Below are positions 55,800-61,422 of a DNA stretch of 61,422 nucleotides, piece by piece; the first letter of the stretch is position 1, and each line of letters begins with the position of its first letter. Location of the stretch: NCBI GenBank assembly GCA_035623755.1, contig DASPSV010000110.1:1-61422 (forward strand), read 5' to 3'. The translations under genes and the position numbers were made by a program. This DNA is from Gemmatimonadales bacterium (GTDB lineage Bacteria; Gemmatimonadota; Gemmatimonadetes; Gemmatimonadales; JACORV01). The notes beneath the pieces were generated by a model. It was not told the DNA's origin. It saw only the letters and a program-made list of their open reading frames with translations, and made no database searches.

Positions 55800-56969
55800 C
55801 GCCGCCAGCTGGATCGCCGGCGTCGGCAAGAGGCCCACGAGCACCGGCAGCACGGCCGCGCCGCCGAGCGCGAGGAGCGCGACGGCCGCGCCCGCCGCGT
55901 TCCGCTTGAGCAGCGCGCCCACCGGCAGCGCCAGCAGCGCCATGAACGCGCAGTCGAGCGCGGCCTGCGCCGCGGCCGGCAGGCCGGACATCGCGTGGAC
56001 CAGCGCCCACGCGCGGCCCGCGGCGAACGCGAGGCCGCACCGCTCGCGCCCGTTCACGGCCAGGCACCAGCCGCCGCCCGCGCGCCGCGCGAGCAGGGCC
56101 AGCGTGTCGCCGGGCTGAACGCCGGCGAGGGCGCCGCGCCAGCGCAGGTCCGGCGCGTCGAGACCGAGGTCCGCCGCGCGCCGGCGGACGCGCAGCACGA
56201 GGTCGTCCCGGTCGGCCCCCAGCTCCAGGATCTCCCGCTGGACGCCGTCCGCGATGCCGAACAGCGGCGCCAGCGTGCGTGTGCGCGGGCCCGCGACCGC
56301 CAGCACCCGGAGCGTCGCGCCGCCGGCGAGGGAGTCCCGCACCGACCGCGCATCCGGGAGCGGCCCGTCGGGCAGCGGAGCACCGTCCAGGTCCACGCGC
56401 AGCACCCGGCCCCCGTAGGTCTCGAACTGCGCCAACGCGGCGGTCCACTGGCCGTACCAGGCCGACGCGGGCAGGCTGGGCCGGAGCGCCAGGCCCGCGC
56501 CGGCGAGCGCCACCAGCATTGCCGCGGCCGCGAGCGCCCCCCCCGACAGGGAGCGGCGCCGCGCCCAGAAGTGCCAAGCGAGCACGACCAAGGCGGCCCC
56601 GCTCGTGTTCGAGATGATGTCGCCGAGCGTGGACTCGCGGCCGGGGATCCACAGCTGCAGGGTTTCGATGAGCGCCGAGAGGACGAACGCGGCGGCGACG
56701 ATCGTGCGGCCCCGCATGCCGGCGAGCACCAGGCCGGCCGCGAGCGGAACGAACAGCGCGACGTTGGCGATGAAGTCGGCGGCGCCGCCGTCGCCGCACA
56801 GCACGCACCAGCGGAACGTGCCGGTGTCCGGCCCCGAGTCCGGCGTCAGCGTGAGGCCCAGCACCACGGCGATCCCGACCGCGGCGAGCGCGAGGCCCGG
56901 CCCCCGCGCCCGGCCGGCGCTCGCCGGCTGGCCGCGCCGCGCGGCGCGCGCCCCGGACCCCCGCCCCAC
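55716..56969 (-). CDS. VanZ-like membrane protein with an extended C-terminal region
   Basis: Last 417 codons of tracked ORF 55716..57533(-). The GTG at 56969 is 2 nt after the wzt TAG. VanZ signature 'FIANVALFVPLAAG' and 'IETLQLWIPGRESTLGDIISNTSGAAL'. C-terminal TM helices. Confidence 0.6.
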   Translation of the reverse strand: MGRGSGARAARRGQPASAGRARGPGLALAAVGIAVVLGLTLTPDSGPDTGTFRWCVLCGDGGAADFIANVALFVPLAAGLVLAGMRGRTIVAAAFVLSALIETLQLWIPGRESTLGDIISNTSGAALVVLAWHFWARRRSLSGGALAAAAMLVALAGAGLALRPSLPASAWYGQWTAALAQFETYGGRVLRVDLDGAPLPDGPLPDARSVRDSLAGGATLRVLAVAGPRTRTLAPLFGIADGVQREILELGADRDDLVLRVRRRAADLGLDAPDLRWRGALAGVQPGDTLALLARRAGGGWCLAVNGRERCGLAFAAGRAWALVHAMSGLPAAAQAALDCAFMALLALPVGALLKRNAAGAAVALLALGGAAVLPVLVGLLPTPAIQLAASYAGLAAGALTPGGDERADAPVDAGVR

Positions 56970-56971
56970 GC

Positions 56972-58198
56972 CTACGGCCGCCCGGAGCCCGGCGACGCCG
57001 GTCCGGGCTCGAACGCCACGACGCGGGGATACAGGTTGGCGACGCCGCGCACGTCGCGGTCCGACTCGATCACGATCGACGCCGCGGGGGCCCAGCGGTC
57101 GTACTCCCGCTCGATGTCGTAGCGCTTGAGGATCGCCCCGAGGTGGAACGTGCCGGGCGCGAGGTGCAGGTCCAGCTGCACCGAGCAGCGGAAGATGCCG
57201 CCGGCCTGAAGGTCGATCGGCCGCTGGCCCAGCCGCTCGGTCGAGGTGTCGAACACCTGCTGGGCGTTGCCGTCCTGGACGACCAGCGAGACGGACAGCC
57301 GCTCGCACGCGGTCCGCGCCGCGAGCTCCACGTCCACCCACGCCCGCTCGCCCGCCTGGAACAGCGTGCGCGGCCCGTCGGCGCCGCGGACGGTGATGCG
57401 CGCGATGTGCGCGTCGCGCCCGTCCACGTCGCGGCGGCCGGCCAGCGACGCCAGGAGGTACGCCTGCGTCACCTCGGCCGGGGCGCCCGCGGCCGTCACC
57501 CGGCCGTGGTCGAGGAGCAGCGCGCGGCTGCACAGGTCGTTCACGGCCCGCAGGTTGTGCGACACGAACAGCACCGTGGTGCCCTGGCGGATCACCTCGC
57601 GCATCCGCTCCATGCAGCGGCGCTGGAAGACCAGGTCGCCGACGCTCAGCACCTCGTCCACCAGCAGCACGTCGGGGTCGACGTGCGCCGCGACGGAGAA
57701 GCCGAGCCGCGCGAACATGCCGGACGAGTAGCGCTTGACCGGCGTGTCCATGAACTCCTCGAGCCCGGAGAACCCCACGATCGCGTCGAAGCGGCGCCGG
57801 ATGTCCTGGCGGGACATGCCGAGGATGGTGCCGTAGAGGTAGACGTTCTCGCGCCCCGTGAGGTCGGGGTGGAAGCCGGCGCTCACCTCGATCAGGGCCG
57901 ACAGCCGGCCGTGGATCCGCACCGCGCCGCGGGTCGGGCGCAGGATGCGGCCCAGCAGCTTGAGCAGCGTGCTCTTGCCGGCGCCGTTGCCGCCCACCAC
58001 GCCGAGCGCCTCGCCCCGGCCGACGGTGAACGACACGTCGTCGAGCGCCCAGAACTCCCGCGCCGCCAGCTCGGGCCGGCCGGTGCGGCGCACGGCGCGG
58101 CGCACCAGCGCCGGCACGAGGTCGCGGAGCGAGTCGTGCAGCTCGCCGCGGCGGAACTTCTTCGAGACGTGCTCGACGGCGACGGTGGTGTCGTCCAT
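56972..58198 (-). CDS. wzt: ABC transporter ATP-binding protein, Wzt/TagH type, with a C-terminal Wzt_C-like beta-sandwich domain
   Basis: Last 408 codons of tracked ORF 56972..59482(-). ATG at 58198. Walker A 'GGNGAGKST', signature 'YSSGMFARL', Walker B 'VLLVDEVL', H-loop 'VSHN'. C-terminal about 160 aa: 'ITVRGADG...VSLVVQDGNAQQVFDTST...LAPGTFHLGAIL'. Confidence 0.9.
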   Translation of the reverse strand: MDDTTVAVEHVSKKFRRGELHDSLRDLVPALVRRAVRRTGRPELAAREFWALDDVSFTVGRGEALGVVGGNGAGKSTLLKLLGRILRPTRGAVRIHGRLSALIEVSAGFHPDLTGRENVYLYGTILGMSRQDIRRRFDAIVGFSGLEEFMDTPVKRYSSGMFARLGFSVAAHVDPDVLLVDEVLSVGDLVFQRRCMERMREVIRQGTTVLFVSHNLRAVNDLCSRALLLDHGRVTAAGAPAEVTQAYLLASLAGRRDVDGRDAHIARITVRGADGPRTLFQAGERAWVDVELAARTACERLSVSLVVQDGNAQQVFDTSTERLGQRPIDLQAGGIFRCSVQLDLHLAPGTFHLGAILKRYDIEREYDRWAPAASIVIESDRDVRGVANLYPRVVAFEPGPASPGSGRP

Positions 58199-58203
58199 GC
58201 GGC

Positions 58204-58998
58204 TCAGATCCGCTCCGCGAACCAGGGCTCGAGACGCCGGAAGGCGAGCACCCCGCCCGCGCAGCACGCGGCCGCCACGCCGAGCGCGTACGCCGTCCAG
58301 CCGGGATCGGGCGGCCGCCCGCCCACGACGGCGCCGGCCAGGCCCACCAGCAGCGGGGCCACCGGGTTGAGAAGCGCGGCGCTCGCGTGGCGCCCGAAGA
58401 TCTCGACCGGGTAGAAGACCGGCGTGAAGAACACGGCGAAGGTGATCACGACGTCCACCAGGTACTTCACGTCGCGGAAGAACAGCGCCGCGGCCGACAG
58501 GAACATCCCCAGGCCGAGGCACAGGGCCACCAGGCCGAGCACCAGGAGCGGCACCCACACCAGCGCCACGCTGGCGCCGACGCCGGTGAAGGCGAGGATC
58601 ACGATCAGCACCAGCGACGCCACGCCGAAGTCCGCGAACTGCGACAGCACCGCCGCGACCGGGAACACCTCGCGCGGCAGGTACACCTTCGTCACCAGCT
58701 CGCTGTTGGCGATCAGGCTGTTGGTGGCGAACCGCAGCGAGGCGACGAAGAACGCCCACGGCACCGACTTCACGGCGACCGCGGCGAGGTTCCGGGTGTC
58801 CACCTGCCGGCCCGCGTACCACCCGAGGCCGTATTGCACCGCCACGCCGGCGCCGACCACCAGCGCCGGCATCAGGATCGCCCACAGGAAGCCCATCACC
58901 GACTGCTTGTACTTGATCCGGATGTCGCGCCACGCCAGCATGGCCACGAGGTCCCACCAGCGGGCCAGGCGGCCACGGCCGCTCACGCCCCGGGTCAC
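58204..58998 (-). CDS. wzm: ABC-2 type transporter permease (Wzm/TagG type)
   Basis: Last 264 codons of tracked ORF 58204..60039(-). The GTG at 58998 overlaps the nucleotidyltransferase stop (GTGA). 'LAWRDIRIKYKQSVMGFLWAILMP' and six TM helices. Confidence 0.85.
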   Translation of the reverse strand: MTRGVSGRGRLARWWDLVAMLAWRDIRIKYKQSVMGFLWAILMPALVVGAGVAVQYGLGWYAGRQVDTRNLAAVAVKSVPWAFFVASLRFATNSLIANSELVTKVYLPREVFPVAAVLSQFADFGVASLVLIVILAFTGVGASVALVWVPLLVLGLVALCLGLGMFLSAAALFFRDVKYLVDVVITFAVFFTPVFYPVEIFGRHASAALLNPVAPLLVGLAGAVVGGRPPDPGWTAYALGVAAACCAGGVLAFRRLEPWFAERI

Positions 58999-60119
58999 GC
59001 GGCGCCCTCCCCCGGCGGCGGACCGGCCGTGGTGCGCCACGCGCGATACGCGGCCCGCGCCACCCGGCCCGCGACCCAGCGGCGCGCCTGCCGGAACGGT
59101 CCCGTGCCTGCCACCACCGGCGTGGTGCCGACGCCCAGCTCGGCGCGCGTGCCCTCCTCCAGCAGCCGCTCGCGGAACGCGCCGTCGCCGCCCGCGAGCA
59201 CCCGCAGCCGCCAGGCGAGCGCGCGCTCGAGGTCGAAGCCGCCATCCGCGGCCGCCGGCACGGGCGGCGGCCCGGCGAGGTCCGCGGCGGCGGCGAGCCA
59301 CGCCCGCGCCAGCCGCGGGTCCGCCTCGTCGCCCGCCGCGAGCCGCGACGCCACCAGCTCCCAGTCCAGCGCCGCTCCCGAGGCCATGATCGATGCGCCG
59401 TCGAGGAAGTAGCGCAGCCGGAACCCGGCCGGGCCCATCTGCACCGCGTGCGCGAGCCCGTGCCACAGCAGCTCCGTCGCATTCGGCACGCGCACCGGCA
59501 CGCCGTGCCACACCAGGTCCTCGCCGGCGCGCGTCGCGCGCCGCCACGCCTCGGCGGGCGCGACGCCCGGGCCCGTGGACCGGTGCAGCTCCACGCCGAT
59601 GCCGTTCGGCCCCTTGAGCGGCGGCGGATGGTAGTGGCCGGCCGGCGTCGCCGACGGCTCGGTCACGTAGTCCCAGCCGCGCGAGCGCAGGTCGTTCCAC
59701 GTCTCCTCCACGCGCGCGGCCGGCAGGAGCAGGTCCACGTCGAGCGTGTCGCGCGCGTCGGCGAACGGGTAGCGCGCGGCGGCGGCGCGCCGCGCGGTGC
59801 CCTTGATCGCCACGCAGGGCACGCCGCGCTCGTTCAGGAGGCGCAGCACTCCATCCGCCTCCGCGTCCACGAGCAGGCCGTGGGCCCGCTCCGCCGAGGC
59901 GCGCGCGCGGAGCGCCGCGCCCACGGCCTCCGGCACGGCGTCCTCGAGGCCGAGCGCCGCCAGGCGCCGCAGCAGCCACTGGGTGCCGCCCTCCCACGCC
60001 ACCGCCGCCGCCGCCGCGCGGGCGTCCAGCGCGCGCCACGCGTCGCGGACGGACGCCGCGCTCCCCGCCGGCCGCAGCCGGAGGGTGGCGGCGAGCGCGC
60101 GCGCCGGGTGCCGGCTCAT
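58995..60119 (-). CDS. Nucleotidyltransferase family protein (NTP_transf_5 / PF14907-like)
   Basis: Last 374 codons of tracked ORF 58995..60512(-). The ATG at 60119 overlaps the B2 stop (ATGA). 'VPCVAIKGTARRAAAARYPFADARDTLDVDLLL...GWDY...HYHPPPL...IGVELH' is typical of the uncharacterised NTase family found in lasso/RiPP-type clusters. Confidence 0.65.
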   Translation of the reverse strand: MSRHPARALAATLRLRPAGSAASVRDAWRALDARAAAAAVAWEGGTQWLLRRLAALGLEDAVPEAVGAALRARASAERAHGLLVDAEADGVLRLLNERGVPCVAIKGTARRAAAARYPFADARDTLDVDLLLPAARVEETWNDLRSRGWDYVTEPSATPAGHYHPPPLKGPNGIGVELHRSTGPGVAPAEAWRRATRAGEDLVWHGVPVRVPNATELLWHGLAHAVQMGPAGFRLRYFLDGASIMASGAALDWELVASRLAAGDEADPRLARAWLAAAADLAGPPPVPAAADGGFDLERALAWRLRVLAGGDGAFRERLLEEGTRAELGVGTTPVVAGTGPFRQARRWVAGRVARAAYRAWRTTAGPPPGEGAA

Positions 60120-60505
60120 CCGGCCACGGGCGAGGGGAACCTCGCGATCTCGGTGAAGCGGGCGCTGTGCGAGGGGTCCGGCTCGAGGTAGGGCGCGCCG
60201 TCCTTCATCAGCCACGCATGCGCGGCCAGCGCCGCGCCCGCCTCCCGGCGGACCCCGATGCGCAGCTCGACGGGACGGCCGGACCGGCGCAGCAGCCAGT
60301 ACAGCACGACGCCGCGCCGCAGGCAGGTGTGGCGCCACGGCGGCGGCAGCCGGTACAGCACCTGGCTCACGTACGCGGCGAGGACCGCATCGTCGGGGAC
60401 CGCACCCGCGCCCGCCGGTCCCGTGCCCGCCGCGCGGACGATCCGCTCCAGCGACACGACCGACAGGAGCGGCGGCAGCACGGCGCAGGCCGCCAGCGCC
60501 CGCAC
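60116..60505 (-). CDS. Lasso-peptide-type B2 protein (transglutaminase-like Cys protease)
   Basis: 129 aa. 'HTCLRRGVVLYWLLRRSGRPVELRIGVRRE...LAAHAWLMKDGAPYLE' carries the Cys/His/Asp arrangement of McjB-C-terminal/B2 proteins. GTG start at 60505. Confidence 0.7.
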   Translation of the reverse strand: MRALAACAVLPPLLSVVSLERIVRAAGTGPAGAGAVPDDAVLAAYVSQVLYRLPPPWRHTCLRRGVVLYWLLRRSGRPVELRIGVRREAGAALAAHAWLMKDGAPYLEPDPSHSARFTEIARFPSPVAG

Positions 60506-60531
60506 CCGCCACGCGGTGGACAGCTCGCCGC

Positions 60532-60807
60532 TCAGGGCCGCTCCTCCACCAGCAGCACGCCGGCCTGCACGCCCCGGTCGAGGAAGGCCCGCGTGGTGTC
60601 CGCCGCCACGGCGACCGTGACCTGGTACTTCGAGGTCAGCACCGCCACCAGCTCCTCGAGCGAGCGCGGCCTCTCGAGCGCCTCGAGCAGGTCGAGTCCG
60701 CTCTCGCTCACCGTGTAGTAGCGCCGCGTGCCCAGGTGCAGGGCCACGCCCTCGCCCTCGAGCGCCGTGAGCCGCAGCTCCGGGTGCCGCCGGTAGCGGC
60801 GCGTCAT
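60532..60807 (-). CDS. PqqD-family protein (RiPP recognition element; lasso B1-like)
   Basis: 91 aa. 'LTALEGEGVALHLGTRRYYTVSESGLDLLEAL..PRSLEELVAVL' is the canonical PqqD/RRE pattern. The ATG overlaps the upstream stop (ATGA). Confidence 0.7.
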   Translation of the reverse strand: MTRRYRRHPELRLTALEGEGVALHLGTRRYYTVSESGLDLLEALERPRSLEELVAVLTSKYQVTVAVAADTTRAFLDRGVQAGVLLVEERP

Positions 60808-61422
60808 GGCACCAGCTCCATCAGCAGGTCACGGTGACGGAACACGTCGGGCGCCAGCGCGACGCGGTAGCAGCGCGCCTGGCGCGCCAGCGCGCCCAGG
60901 AGGTCCAGGTGCTCCTGCGCCAGGTCGGGCTCGAGGACCACCCACGCCGACCAGCGCACCAGCTCCGCCAGCGCCTCGCGCGCCGGAACCGGCGCGGCGC
61001 TGGTGCGATCGCCCTCGATGCGCGGAAACACCACGATGCGCGGCTCCACCCGCGGCGCCCACGTCCCGCCGAGGTCCTCGGGAAAGAAGACGGTCTTGCG
61101 CCCGCCCCGCGCGGCGGTGCCGCCGTCGAGGCCGAGCAGGGCCCGGCCCGCGGGCCGGAGCGCGACCGGCGCGCGCTGCGCCACCGCTTCCACGCCGGCG
61201 TCGCGCCGCACCAGGAACGCGGCGTCGTCGCAGCCCACCGCCCAGCCCCACGTCGCCAGGAGCGCCGCGGTGGTGGACTTCCCCGACTGGGCGTTGCCGG
61301 CGATCAGCCAGTCGCGGCCGCGGGGATCGCGCGCGAGCGCCGCGTGCACGTGGTGCCAGCCGGCCCGCCTGAGCAGCAGGATCAGGACCACCGACAGGAA
61401 GGTCTGCGCCAGCGCCTCGCGC
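60804..61422 (-). CDS. HPr-kinase-like serine kinase (lasso-cluster kinase-like), 5'-truncated by the window edge
   Basis: P-loop 'IAGNAQSGKSTTA'. The reading frame stays open upstream of the tracked GTG at 61391 to the last base of the window (...REALAQTFLSVVLILLL...). The N-terminus is therefore probably outside the window. Confidence 0.65.
   Translation of the reverse strand, partial: REALAQTFLSVVLILLLRRAGWHHVHAALARDPRGRDWLIAGNAQSGKSTTAALLATWGWAVGCDDAAFLVRRDAGVEAVAQRAPVALRPAGRALLGLDGGTAARGGRKTVFFPEDLGGTWAPRVEPRIVVFPRIEGDRTSAAPVPAREALAELVRWSAWVVLEPDLAQEHLDLLGALARQARCYRVALAPDVFRHRDLLMELVP

Overview
Very GC-rich bacterial chromosomal window (roughly 70% G+C by eye, not computed; phylum not determinable, though the content suggests a Gram-negative). 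It is almost entirely one large, tightly packed cell-surface glycan (EPS or O-antigen-like) biosynthesis island. I support about 50 protein-coding genes in alternating-strand operon blocks. Many are joined by 1-4 nt start/stop overlaps (ATGA, GTGA, TGATG) that I checked base by base. I found no rRNA, tRNA, CRISPR array, transposase or integrase. Many long ORFs in the supplied track are Arg/Gly/Pro-rich out-of-frame or antisense artefacts of the GC content. In several cases only the C-terminal part of a tracked ORF is a real gene, and I re-set those starts. Content: (1) A Wzx/Wzy-type machinery: Wzc-like BY-kinase, OPX export protein, Wzy-like polymerase, two paralogous Wzx flippases and a distant LMW-PTP. 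(2) At least 8 glycosyltransferases. (3) An unusually dense set of tailoring enzymes: CE4 x2, WalW-like and PIG-L deacetylases, SGNH x2, a methyltransferase, a pyruvyl transferase and an O-carbamoyltransferase with SxtJ/SxtK-like partners. (4) NDP-sugar genes: wecB, ugd, a UXS-like gene, rfbF, an RmlC-like gene, a SAF oxidoreductase and a class-III aminotransferase. (5) A thiotemplate cassette embedded in the glycan operon (about 24.2-35.4 kb): NRPS-type A-PCP-degenerate hydrolase, acyl-CoA dehydrogenase, Sfp-type PPTase, Cys-type alpha/beta hydrolase, FemAB-like protein, DegT, an AsnB-like protein and a 2H phosphoesterase. (6) An outer-membrane pair: a TonB-dependent-receptor-like barrel plus a triple-repeat lipoprotein. 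(7) At the right edge, a lasso-peptide-type maturation cassette translationally coupled to a Wzm/Wzt ABC-2 exporter and a VanZ-like protein: HprK-like kinase (runs off the window), PqqD/B1, B2 protease and a PF14907-like nucleotidyltransferase. Items 5 and 7 are my best candidates for undescribed biology. All functional calls rest on motif recognition by eye and need HMM or BLAST confirmation.
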